Below are positions 25,431 to 36,112 of a DNA stretch of 64,000 nucleotides, in pieces. The position numbers were made by a program, and so were the translations under genes. The notes below the pieces were generated by a model. It did not search any database. It was not told where the DNA came from and worked only from the letters and a program-made list of their open reading frames with translations. Each line of letters starts with the position of its first letter. The first letter of the stretch is position 1. Origin of the DNA: Pristiophorus japonicus (Eukaryota); contig NC_091991.1 in NCBI RefSeq assembly GCF_044704955.1, positions 175,708,001-175,772,000 of the forward strand, in the 5' to 3' direction.

Positions 25431-27564
25431 CTTTTTGTTGAAACATTGTGGAGAGATGTTGGAGGTATTGGGTCTCCTTTCGCCTCTGGAACCCATTTTT
25501 GACCAAGCCCAGATGATTGGAGAGTTTATTCCCTCCGTCTGCCGCAAGAGGACCTATTCAAAAAGGCTTTGCTTCGACCCAGTTTGTGCCGGCAGCTCAA
25601 TTCGGCACAATGCCGTAATTTGCCAATCTGGCTGTCGCCAGAAATAAGGATTGTTGGGGTGGGAGAGTGCAGGAGTATTCTTCATTATCTCACTGCTGTT
25701 TGTGGGAGCTTGCAATCATCACAGATCACGACGACAACAACAACTTACATTTTAATAGCACCTTTAATGTGGTAGAACATCCCAAGGTGCTTCGCAGAGC
25801 ATTATCGAAACAAAGTTTGACACATAAAGAGCTGTTCGGGCAGATGCTTGGTCAACGTGGTAGATTTTAAGGAGCGTCTTAAAGTAGGAGACAGAGGCAA
25901 GGAGGTTTAGGGAGGAAATTCCAGATCTTAGGGCCCAGGCAGCTGAAGGCACGGTCGCCAATGGCGGAACGATTAAAATTGTGGATGCGCAAGAGGCCAG
26001 AATTGAAGGAGCGCAGAGATCTCGGAGGGCTGCGGGGCTGGAGGAGGTTACAGAGATAGGGAGGGGGCGAGGGCCATGGAGTGATTTGAAAATCGAGGCG
26101 TTACTGGACTGTGAGCCAATGCCTTGTCCTCAAACAGAGGGAATTCGGAACTCATCAACACCATATTTAAAAGGTGCTCGGATGGGCACTTAAAGTGCAG
26201 TAACCTGCAGGGTTACGGACCTAGAGCTGGTAATTGGGATTAGACTGGATAACCTCTTGTTGGCTGGCGCAGATATACTGGTAAGTACTGCAGGGAATCG
26301 AATACGGCCAGGGTGATCTCCTGGACTAGTTTTGATCGCCTGGATGGGTCGGAGAGGAATTTTCCCAGATTTTGTCGCCCTCAAATTGGCCTGGGTTTTT
26401 ATCTGGTTTTTGCCTCTCTCAGGAGATCACATGGTTCCGGTTGGGGTGGAGTGTAGAATGTTTCAGTGTAAGGGGTGTCACAGTTGTGTGGGGCAGACTG
26501 GTTGGGCTGGGTGCTCTTTACCTTTCCCACATTGTTCATTGTTCATTGGTTTATATGTAACCTTCAGGGCTGCTGACCGAGGGCCGTGCGGCTCTTTGTC
26601 GGCCGGCGCGGACACAATGGGCCGAAATGGCTGTAAATTTCTATGTTTCTTCTCTATTCTATTGTTCTGACCATGTGGTTGAGCTTTAACCCTCCACTAT
26701 TTCAATCGAATACCAGCAGCATTGTAAACGTCACAGGGCACAGTGAAAGAATACAGCCGTGGGCTATACTGGAGATAGTTTACAAATAAACAAGCAGGTG
26801 GGGTAAGGTTGTGCAATAATTTAACAGGGTGAGGCGAGAGAATTAAAAGAAAAAGAGAGAACTTGCATCTTTCACAACCTCAGGCCGTCCCAAAGTGTTT
26901 CGCAGCCAATGAAGTACTTTTGTAGTGTAGTCACTGTTGTAATGTAGGACTTGAACCCACAACCTTCTGATGCAGAGGCGAGAGTGCTGCCCACTTAGCC
27001 ACGGCTGACACAGCAGAGGAGGGGATAGGAGAAACTTCAGCAGAGGATGAAAACAGCAGCAATAACTCTATATTATAAGTGGACATGTGCACGTGCACTA
27101 CTTGAGTGTAGCAATTCCTCACTGTTACCCAATGGGAGAGCTCAGAGAGCTCTCAATGGCTCAGTAGCACCACAAGCAGGAATATGGTGGTACTACATCT
27201 GTGTGCCAATTAATCGTACTGTAATAAATCCTTTGAATGCCAATCTTTCCCCCTTTTTGTCGACTCCTCCTCGGGGTACAATTACACACCCCAGATGAGT
27301 GGCCGCAACTGGTGCCCGAGTCTCACTAGCGAGCGTCAGTGGGCTATTTTACCGCGGGAGGCAACATAAGCAGGTTTGAACCCATCGAGTGCATTTTATT
27401 ATCCGACGCTTAACCGGGCGACAGAAATGAAACAGAATGAATTTGGAGGTTTGCTCAGGATGTGGAAGGCCCCACACATTGACAGTGATTACAGTAAACA
27501 TGTTTTTTTAGATGTTCTCCCTCCCTTTCTCCTGAAGGTGCTGACTCTTGCTAAATAAAATAAA

Positions 27565-28012
27565 GACTTGCATTTATATAGCGCCTTTCACGATCCCAGA
27601 ACATCCCAAAGCGCTTTACAGCCAATGAAGTACTTTTGAAGTGCAGTCACTGTTGTGTTGTAGGAAATGCAGCAGCCAATTTGCGCACAGCAAGCTCCCA
27701 CAAATAGCGGTTTGACCATATAATCTATTTTAGTGATATTGATTGAGGGATAAATATTGGCCCCAGGACACTGAGGAGAGCTCCCTGCTCTTCTTCGAAA
27801 CAGTGCCATGGGATCTTTTACATCCACCTGAGAGAGCAGACGGGGCCTCGGTTTAATGTCTCATCCAGAACACGGCACCTCCGACAGTGCAGCGCTCCCT
27901 CAGCACTGCACTGGGAGTGTCATTCCTGGATTTTGTGCTCAGGTCCCTGGAGGGGGACTTGAACCCACAACCCACCGACTCAAGAAATGAGGGTGATACC
28001 CACTGAGCTGCA
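27565..28012 (-). mobile_element. Near full-length DeuSINE copy
   Basis: Same family. Confidence 0.8.
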
Positions 28013-28759
28013 GTAACACTTTTACAAGCACTCTGGTAGCTCTCCCCAAGTGGCCAGGCTGGCTATTTGACCAGGGGGTGCAGTCACACCCAACGTTTCC
28101 CTCACCCGACACCCGTGTACAACCAGCAGGGGGGCCTTTGTACTGAGATCAGGGCAGGCTGACTATTCCTCTCCCTAGCCCAGAGGATGGGGGGCTGATA
28201 GCGGTGCCTATGCCACCGCTCCCCACTCCCCCCACCCCAGCAAAGGACAAGTAACTCAATACTAGACTGGGTGTTGAATCTGGGATCCCCCGGGGCATTT
28301 TTTTCGATGTTAAAAGGTGCCAAATTGATGCAAGTTGGCAGACGGGTCGGTAACCAGAGGACACAGATTGAAGATAATTGTCAAGAATTTATATTTTACG
28401 TTATGATCTGGACCGCATTGCCTGAAAGGGCAAATGGAAACAGATTCAATAGTAACTTTCAATTGGATAAATACTTGAAGGGGAGAAAGTTGCAGGGCTA
28501 AGGGGAAAAAGCAGGGGGTGTGGGACTAATTGGATCGCTCTCTCACAGAGCCGGCACGGGCTCGATGGGCCGAATGGCCCCCTCCTGCGCTGTAAGATTC
28601 TATGATGTCGACCTCACTGTCCCCAATCTGTAAGGGCTCAATATTCACTGGACAATGTTTTGAACCAACTATCATCACAAGACACCTTTACAGTGCAAAA
28701 TTCATGTCCTTGACAGTCTGGGTATTAATTAGTCTTTTGCCCCGAGCTGGTTGAACATT

Positions 28760-28875
28760 CTTATTGGAGATGCCTTCTGGATTGGCTCATGATGCAACTT
28801 CCTCCTGCTGATGTAACTTCCTGCCGTGAGCTGCCCTGTTTGCAGCATTTCAGAGCAGGATGAGGAACCAATGAC
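28760..28875. promoter_or_regulatory. Candidate stress-response enhancer (two CARE/AARE-ETS units plus CCAAT boxes)
   Basis: TGATGCAACTTCCT (28790) and TGATGTAACTTCCT (28809); ATTGG at 28763 and 28781; CCAAT at 28868; non-repeat DNA. Confidence 0.35.
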
Positions 28876-29368
28876 CGTGAGGCAGAGTGTTCATTCATGA
28901 GATTTGTGACCATTTAGTCTCCCAAGTCTCTCAGCGGAGTGCTAAAGGGAGGAGCTCTGGAAGATTCTGCCCCAGAATCCTTTCATGGAGATGACTGTTG
29001 TGGAGCGAGTCTCTCTTTCCTTTTCACACCACACTCTAGGAAAGGATAGACAGCTACATTTCGGCTTCGGTCCTCGAGAGGGACTATCCAACAGTGACCA
29101 CACCCCAAAAGTACTTCATTGGCTGTAAAGCACTTTGAGAGTCCACTGGTCGTGAAAGGCGCTATGTGAATGTAAGTCTTTCTTTCTAGTTTCCCATCCT
29201 ATGGATGAGGCATTAAACCGTGCCTACCTATGTTGGCGGATGTTAAAACCTGTCGGGAGGAACATAGGGGGCAGGATTGGGCCTTTCAGCCCCTTCCGCC
29301 ATTCAGTTAGATTGTGGCTGATCTGTATCGTAACTCTGTCTACCTGCCCTGGTTCCAGAACTCCAATA

Positions 29369-29739
29369 CAGGTGCAGCGTTGAGAATCCGGAATCCTCGG
29401 GACCGAGGCCGATCCGGATTCCGGGCTTTTCCGGACTTTCGATCGTCTTTCTGACACCACGAATGCGGAAACACCCAAGCCCAGTTTTGGGTATTTCCGG
29501 ATTTCGGAACGTCAGAAAGGGGGTGGGGGTGGGAGGGGGAAGGAGGGGAGACACCCCGCCGAGGTGCTGTTTGGGCCGTCCAGGGCCCGATGAGGTCGTC
29601 GGGCGGGGTCCCGTCGCGGAGGAGGTGTTCGGTCGGGCCGGCGAGGAGGCTCCGAGGTTGGGCAGCGGTGGGGCCCCGAGGATTCCGGATGACCCTGCCA
29701 CCGATCGGTCCGCATTCCGGATTTTCCACGCTGCACCTG
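29369..29739. mobile_element. Tc1/mariner-type (Tigger/pogo-like) MITE, 371 bp
   Basis: TA|CAGGTGCAGCGTtgagAATCCGGAAT ... ATTCCGGATTttccACGCTGCACCTG|TA: terminal inverted repeats with TA target duplication. Removing it rejoins a CR1-like fragment (ctccaaTA-cccttgcctaacaaa). Confidence 0.88.
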
Positions 29740-29809
29740 TACCCTTGCCTAACAAAGAGGTCTGACGTATGCCAGTCCTCCTTTAGCAGATTTACCAAAT
29801 TCCACACAC

Positions 29810-30680
29810 TGTGGCTCGGTGGGTAGCACTCTCGCCTCCGAGTCCGAAAGTTGCAGGTTCAAGTCCCACTCCAGGGACTTAAACCCAAAATCCAGGCTGA
29901 CTCTCCCAGTGCAGTGCTGAGGGAGTGCTGCACTGTTGGAGGTGCTGTCTTTCGGATGAGACATTAAACTCGGATGAGCAGGCTGCGTCTGCTCTCTCGG
30001 GTGGATGTAAAAGGTCCCATGGCACTATTTCGAAGAAGCGCAGGGGAATTGTTCCCGATGTCCTGGCCAAAATTTATCCCTCAATCAACATCACTACAAC
30101 AGATTATCTGGTCATTATCACATTGCTGTTTGTGGGAGCTTGCTGTGTGCAAATTGGCTGCCGCGTTTGCCACATTACAACAGCAGCGACTACACTCCAA
30201 AAGTACATCAATAAATAACTGCAAGCAGATCCAATGTTTAAAAAAAATTTAAATTCCAATTAAGATTCAGTTTCATGGCAATACTTAAAAAAATTAGGAA
30301 GCAAGGTTTTACACATGTTCCAATGTATTTCCATTTATAAAATGACTTGCATTTCTATAGCGCCTTTCATCACCACCACCTACGCTTCAAAGCACTTTAC
30401 AGCCAGTGAAGTACTTTTTGCAGTGTAGTCACTGTTGTAACGTGGGAATGGAGCAAACAATATTGCGCACAGCAAGCTCCCACTAACAGCAATGTGACAA
30501 TGAGCAGATAATTTTTTTTTATGATGTTGGTTGAGGGATAAATATTGGCCGGGACAGCAAGGAGAACTCCACTAGTCTTCTTCAAATGATGGGATCTTTT
30601 ACGTCCAATTGAGGGCAGATGGGACCTTGATTTAGCGTCTTATCCAAAAGACGGCACCTCTGACAGTGCAGCACTCCTTC
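29810..30680. mobile_element. Tail-to-tail pair of DeuSINE copies (+ 29810-30210, - 30345-30680)
   Basis: Same family motifs in opposite orientations. Confidence 0.75.
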
Positions 30681-31500
30681 AGTACTGCACCTCCGACAGT
30701 GTAGCACTCCCTCAGGACTGTGCGCTCCTCCCTCAGTACTGCCCCTCCGACAGTGTAGCACTCCGTCAGTACTGCCCCTCCGACAGTGTAGCACTCCCTC
30801 AGGACTGCCCCTCCGACAGTGCGGTGCTCCCTCAGTACTGCCCCTCCGACAGTGGCGGCACCTCAGTACCGCGCCTCTGACTGTGCGGTCCTCCCTCAGT
30901 ACTGCTCCTCCGACAGTGCAGCACTCCCTCAGTGCAGTCCTCCCTCAGTACTGCCCCTCCGACAGTGCGGTCCTCCCTCAGTACTGCTCCTCCGACAGTG
31001 CGGTCCTCCCTCAGCACTGCCCCTCCGACAGTGTGGCAATCCTCAGTACTGCTCCTCCGACAGTGCAGTACTCCCTCAGTGCAGTCCTCCCTCAGCATTG
31101 CCCCTCCGACAGTCGGCAATCCTCAGTACTGCCCCTCCAACAGTGCAGTCCTCCCTCAGTACTGCCCCTCCGACAGTGTGGCAATCCTCAGTACTGCCCC
31201 TCCGACAGTGCAGTCCTCCCTCAGCATTGCCCCTCCGACAGTCGGCAATCCTCAGCACTGCCCCTCCGACAGTGCGGCAATCCTCAGTACTGCCCCTCCG
31301 ACAGTGCAGTCCTCCCTCAGTACTGCCCCTCCGACAGTGCAGTCCTCCCTCAGTACTGCCCCTCCGACAGTGCAGTCCTCCCTCAGTACTGCCCCTCCGA
31401 CAGTGCAGTCCTCCCTCAGTACTGCCCCTCCGACAGTGCAGTCCTCCCTCAGTACTGCCCCTCCGACAGTGCAGTGCGGCGTGCCCTCAGTACTGCACTT
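30655..31500. repeat. ~33-bp minisatellite (cagtactgcccctccgacagtgcagtcctccct)n derived from a SINE segment
   Basis: Tandem copies continue directly out of the minus-strand SINE at ~30345-30680; the unit matches the SINE segment cacctccgacagtgcagcactccctcagcactgc. Confidence 0.9.
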
Positions 31501-32589
31501 CGGGAGATCCTGAGGCCGTGAAAGGATCTGCACAAATGCAAGTGCGTTGTTTGTATCCAGTTGTTGGATCGAGGCTCTGTGCGATAGGCTGCCGGGCTTG
31601 TGTCACAACACCATTGAGATTTTCCAACTCGCAAGTCAACCCTCCAGTCCCACCATGTTGTCTTCTTGCAGCCACCGCAAAGCGCAGGCAGTTCCACTCC
31701 ATGACACATTGGTGGGAGTGGCCTGCTAAGCATGGAAAGATCCCATGTGAACTGTGAACTGTGCAGGGAAACCACCCCCCCCCCGGGAGACGTGAACGTT
31801 TAACCGCTGCCACCCATTGGTCTAATGTAACAGTGTCTCTGCCGGCTGGCTGTTGCTCGGCTGGTTAGTGAGCATTCACACAATGACAAGCAGGGCAGAC
31901 ACACACAATGGAGAATGGTCAGAGAATGTGCCTCCCAGTGACAATGACTTACATCCATGGTGCTGACCACCTGTGGGCCTTGAATATTTAAGACTCTCTT
32001 TCTTTATAAATTATACATCCATTCCTCAGTAAGGAAGTTCCATTCACTCAGTAAAGGTGAGGTTCCCTGTTGAAAAGGTAATTGTTAAAAAAATACCAAC
32101 AATTTCACCCCCCCCCCCGCCCCAATAGCTTAATGGGGCAATGGTAGAGAGCAGGACAGCCCCAGGGTTGACCCTCTGTCTGTGCTGTGCTCGGGGCACA
32201 AGAGCTGCCATGGTAGACCTCAGTGCCTCGGGGAGCAGTCTGGGTTCCCAGTCCTGGTGGGGCGGGGGGTGAAGGGGAGGGGGTACAGGGGAGGGTGGGT
32301 GAAGGCAGGGGGAGGGTGAGGGCGAAGACTGGGTAGGGCGGGGAGGGTGAGGGGGTACGGGGAGGATGGGTGAAGACGGGGGGAGAGCGAGGCGAGGAGG
32401 GGGGGCGAGGTAGGGAGGGGCAGGTGAAGCAGGGAGTGGGGGAGGGTGCTGAGCGCTGGGAGAACCGTACCCCGACAAGGTGCTGAAGCATGAACAGCAA
32501 GTCGTGCTATTAAGGAGAAAAGACATTCTGGGGCCCGAAATTGCCCTCCGCCCCAAACGGGGGGCACTTGCCGTTTTTTTTGTTTTTTC

Positions 32590-32638
32590 TCTCTGCCCCA
32601 ATCCATGGGGCGGGGAGTAGAGCGATGTTCAGCTGTGT

Positions 32639-32685
<47 letters not shown>

Positions 32686-33531
32686 GGTGTGGTGTTCAGG
32701 GCGGGCGAGCCATTGGGTCGGGTCGGCCGTCACTCCGCGTCATCAGCCCCACACTGACACATCACAACATGTCCCCTCTCCCCCCGCCCAACAGCAGGGG
32801 GTGCCGTGCGGCCGGTCGGTAAGGGGTCGGCGCGCGCCCCACGGGCCGGGAAGACGGCGGGGGTTGGTGGGGGGGTGGGGGGGGGGGGGGGCGGTCCCGT
32901 GTACCATCCAAAAATAAAGGAGGGCCATTTCGGAAATGTCGGCCCCTTCGCACCGACCGAGCGGTTGCGACTCTTTAAAAAAACGGTCAATTTTGGCCCC
33001 ATTGAGTGGAGGGTGGGTGCTGGGTCTGAGCGAATCACGGTCAATGGTTCAAGGTTCAATGGTTCACAGGTCAGGTGTCGCAGACTCAACACAGAGCACT
33101 GACGCCACCAGCCCCGCGTGGACCAGGGAACATTTACGGCTTTTGTTTTTAAATCGGTTGTATGTGCATCAATCAGCAGCGAAGCTCATATTCACACAGC
33201 ACAGTCTTGATGCAAGAGCACTTAAACATTTCTTTTATTTGGTTTAAATCCATAGATTTCCCTCCTGATTTCCTGACGATTCGGGCTCCGTTACCACAAC
33301 TGTGCCAGCAGCTGGGAAGGAGCCGAGGAAGATTTGTGTGTGTGTGTGGGGGCACCTTTCAAACAAGAGAGGGGCGAGTGAGGAGGAGAGGGGCGAGCGG
33401 GGGAGGGGGGCGGAGGGCGAGCGACGAGGGGGCGGAGGGCGAGGGAGGAGGGGGCGGAGGGCGAGGGAGGGGGCGAGCGAGGAGAGGGCGGAGGGAGACG
33501 CTCGGTACTCTTGCTTGGCGTACTGCCTGCG
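32590..33531 (+). promoter_or_regulatory. GC/CpG-rich promoter and 5' region of METTL4
   Basis: CCAAT and GGGGCGGGG boxes (~32598-32615), GGGCGG and ATTGG (~32700-32717), possible 5'UTR donor CG|gtaagg at 32819, and a G-rich purine tract 33367-33500 just before the ATG. Confidence 0.45.
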
Positions 33532-35247
33532 ATGGCGGTGGTCAGGAGTGACTCTGTGGGGTGGTGGTTGGATCACCTGTCCTACATTAACCAGGCGTAC
33601 AGGTGCTGCCACCACGGCCCCCGCCCCCGCCGTTACGTGTTCAGGGCCGAATATTTCGACATCGAGCGGCCCCATATTGCCGACTCCGGGACGGCGGGAG
33701 GGGTGGAGCCGGCCGGCGAGGACCCCCAGCCGAAAGGCAGGAAACGCAAGAGGAAGATTCAGGAACCGAACCGGGGAGAGGTGGAGGCACGGGAGTACCA
33801 CGGCCAGGTCAGCCTGGCCATCCGGGACGGCACCAGGAAGCTGGTAGAGCAATGTACCGAGGGGGAGGGGCGCACGGGGGAGGGGCACAATGAGTTGGGG
33901 GAGGGGCACATTGAATCGAGGGAGGGTGAAGGGGAGGGGCGCACGGGGGAGGAGGGACGCACGGAGGCGGGGGAGGGGGAGGGGGAGGGACGCGCGGCGG
34001 AGGGGGAGGGGGAGGGTGAGGGACGCATGGGGGAGGGACGCTCGGAGGCGGGGGAGGGGGAGGGACGAGAGGGGGAGGGACGGGAGGGGGAGGGGCGCAC
34101 GGGGGAGGGGCACAATGAGTTGGGGGAGGGGCACATTGAATCGAGGGAGGGTGAAGGGGAGCGGCGCACGGGGGAGGAAGGACGCACGGAGGCGGGGGAG
34201 GGGGAGGGGGAGGGACGCGCGGCGGAGGGACGCTCGGACACGGGGGAGAGCCGCACGGAGGCGGGGGAGGGACGCACTGACACGGGAGCGCCGGGTGTAG
34301 GACACGGCACTAAGACAAGGCCGGCCTCGGCGATCGGCAGCTCCATGTTGGCGGAGCTGTGCTCCATGGCGAAGCGGATGGCGGAGGAGCAGCACCGGCC
34401 CGTGCAGGTGATCAGCCTCGAGGCAGGCACGGCGACCGGACTTGACCTGCTGGCCCGCCTGACCCAGAACGCCACGGACTGCGCCCGCATCGTGACGCTG
34501 ATGGGGCACCGCTACCTGCTGCCGCCCCGCTGCACCTTCCTCCTGTCCGACATCTCCGGCCTGGGGGCCCTGGTGGGCCGCGGGAAGTATGACGTGATCA
34601 CCTTGGACCCGCCCTGGGAGAACAAGTCGGTGAAGAGGAGCGGCGGCTACAGCCACCTCTTCCCCTGGCAGATCCGGCAGATCCCGGTGCCGAGCCTCGC
34701 CGCCCCGGGCTGCCTGGTGGCGAGCTGGGTCACCAACCGGCAAAGGCACCGGCGCTTCGTGCGGGAGGAGCTGTACCCGGGCTGGTCGGTGCAGGTGGTG
34801 GCCGAGTGGCACTGGGTGAAGGTCACCCGGCACGGAGAGTTCGTGGTGCCCCTGGACTCCGCTCACAAGAAGCCCTACGAGATCCTGGTGCTGGGCCGGT
34901 ACAAAGGGAGCCCGGAATGGGCAGAGGGGGAACCAGTCACCGCAACGCTCCCGGTGCCCGACCGCAAGCTGATGGTCAGCGTGCCCTGCGCCCTGCACTC
35001 TCACAAACCACCACTGGGCGAGGTGCTGAAGGGGCTGACCGGGCCTCACCCACAGTGCCTGGAGCTGTTTGCCCGCAACCTGCAGCCTGGGTGGACCAGC
35101 TGGGGCAACGAGGTGCTCAAATTCCAGCACCTGGACTATTTCCAGGAGCTCGACCCAGAGGAAGGAGACGGCAACTGCTCACAGACACAAGAAACAGGAG
35201 CAGGAGGCGACCATTCGGCCCCTCGAGCCTGCTCCGCCATTCGATAG
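33532..35247 (+). CDS. METTL4: METTL4, MT-A70 family N6-adenine methyltransferase; single coding exon, 571 aa
   Basis: Uninterrupted ORF. N-terminus MAVVRSDSVGWWLDHLSYIN, basic RKRKRK stretch, YLLPPRCTFLLSD, catalytic ITLDPPWENKSVKRS (DPPW at 34606-34617), WHWVKVT, HKKPYE, HSHKPP and CLELFARNLQPGWTSWGNEVLKFQH are all METTL4 hallmarks. ATG is in gcgATGg context. Confidence 0.95.
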   Translation: MAVVRSDSVGWWLDHLSYINQAYRCCHHGPRPRRYVFRAEYFDIERPHIADSGTAGGVEPAGEDPQPKGRKRKRKIQEPNRGEVEAREYHGQVSLAIRDGTRKLVEQCTEGEGRTGEGHNELGEGHIESREGEGEGRTGEEGRTEAGEGEGEGRAAEGEGEGEGRMGEGRSEAGEGEGREGEGREGEGRTGEGHNELGEGHIESREGEGERRTGEEGRTEAGEGEGEGRAAEGRSDTGESRTEAGEGRTDTGAPGVGHGTKTRPASAIGSSMLAELCSMAKRMAEEQHRPVQVISLEAGTATGLDLLARLTQNATDCARIVTLMGHRYLLPPRCTFLLSDISGLGALVGRGKYDVITLDPPWENKSVKRSGGYSHLFPWQIRQIPVPSLAAPGCLVASWVTNRQRHRRFVREELYPGWSVQVVAEWHWVKVTRHGEFVVPLDSAHKKPYEILVLGRYKGSPEWAEGEPVTATLPVPDRKLMVSVPCALHSHKPPLGEVLKGLTGPHPQCLELFARNLQPGWTSWGNEVLKFQHLDYFQELDPEEGDGNCSQTQETGAGGDHSAPRACSAIR

Positions 35248-35372
35248 GATCACGGCTGATCTTCTACCTCAACTCCACTATCCTGCACTGTCCCCCATAT
35301 CTCTTCATATCCAAAAATCTATCGGTCTCCGCCTTGAATATACTCAAAGACCAAGCCTCCACAGCTCTCTGG
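35185..35372 (-). mobile_element. CR1 3'UTR fragment overlapping the METTL4 C-terminus and stop codon
   Basis: acacaagaaacaggagcaggaggcgaccattcggcccctcgagcctgctccgccattcgataggatcacggctgatc aligns by eye with the CR1 tails at 3093, 51790 and 57870. Confidence 0.9.
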
Positions 35373-35539
35373 ACATGATCCAATCGTTCCGTTAGTCAAC
35401 TGGACCCGTGCGGCCATCGTGGGTGTTCCAAAAGGACTTTTCCAAATATGGCAGTTCACACTTTGAGGGGAAAAAAAAGTAATTTTTCCCATTTACAGCT
35501 GGAAGGCCAATTGATTATTGTGCATTGAGAAAAGAAATT

Positions 35540-35550
35540 AATAAAATAAA
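35540..35550 (+). terminator. Overlapping AATAAA polyadenylation signals of METTL4
   Basis: aataaaataaa about 295 nt after the stop codon, followed by a T/GT-rich downstream element (ctgtgtgtttcttcc). Confidence 0.65.
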
Positions 35551-35639
35551 CTTTTTTAACCTGTGTGTTTCTTCCTCTCTTCCAGAGCATTGCAGGGAGG
35601 GAGATTCGTTAGAATTTTAACTTGCGCCAAAAGGATAGA

Positions 35640-36112
35640 AAGACTTATTTATATAGCGCCTTTCACAACTTCAGAACGTCCCAAAGCGCTTCACAGCCAA
35701 TGAAGCACTTCTTGGAGTGTAGTCACTGTTGTAATGTGGGAAACGCAGCAGCCAATTTGCGCCCAGCAAGCTCCCACAAACAGCCATGTGATAATGACCC
35801 AGATAATCTGTGTTTTTTTTTTAAGTGATGTTGGTTAAGGGATAAATATTGGCCGAGGACACTGGGGATAATTCCTCTGTTCTTCGAAATAGTGCCAAGG
35901 GATCTTTTACATCCACTTGAGAGGGCAAACGGGGCCTCGGTTTAACGTCTCATCTGAAATACGGCACCTCTGACAGTGCAGCGATCCCTCAGCACTGCAC
36001 TGGGAGTGCCAGCCTAGATTTATGTGCTCAAGTCTCTGGAGTGGGATTTGAACCCACAACCTTCTGACCCCGAGATGAGAGAGAGTGCTACCCACTGAGC
36101 TACAGCGGACAC
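35640..36112 (-). mobile_element. Near full-length DeuSINE copy
   Basis: Same family, just past the METTL4 polyA signal. Confidence 0.8.

Noticed and set aside
26278-26300. Weak resemblance to the antisense 3' end of U2 snRNA (the METTL4 substrate)
   Set aside because: Only a short gtactgca match; no Sm site or 5' U2 sequence.
30819-31757. Repetitive ORFs and a CRISPR-like look of the 33-bp array
   Set aside because: Head-to-tail SINE-derived repeats without unique spacers; vertebrate DNA with no cas genes.
33244-35130. 628-aa ORF antisense to METTL4
   Set aside because: Shadow of a GC-rich coding sequence; no recognisable motif.
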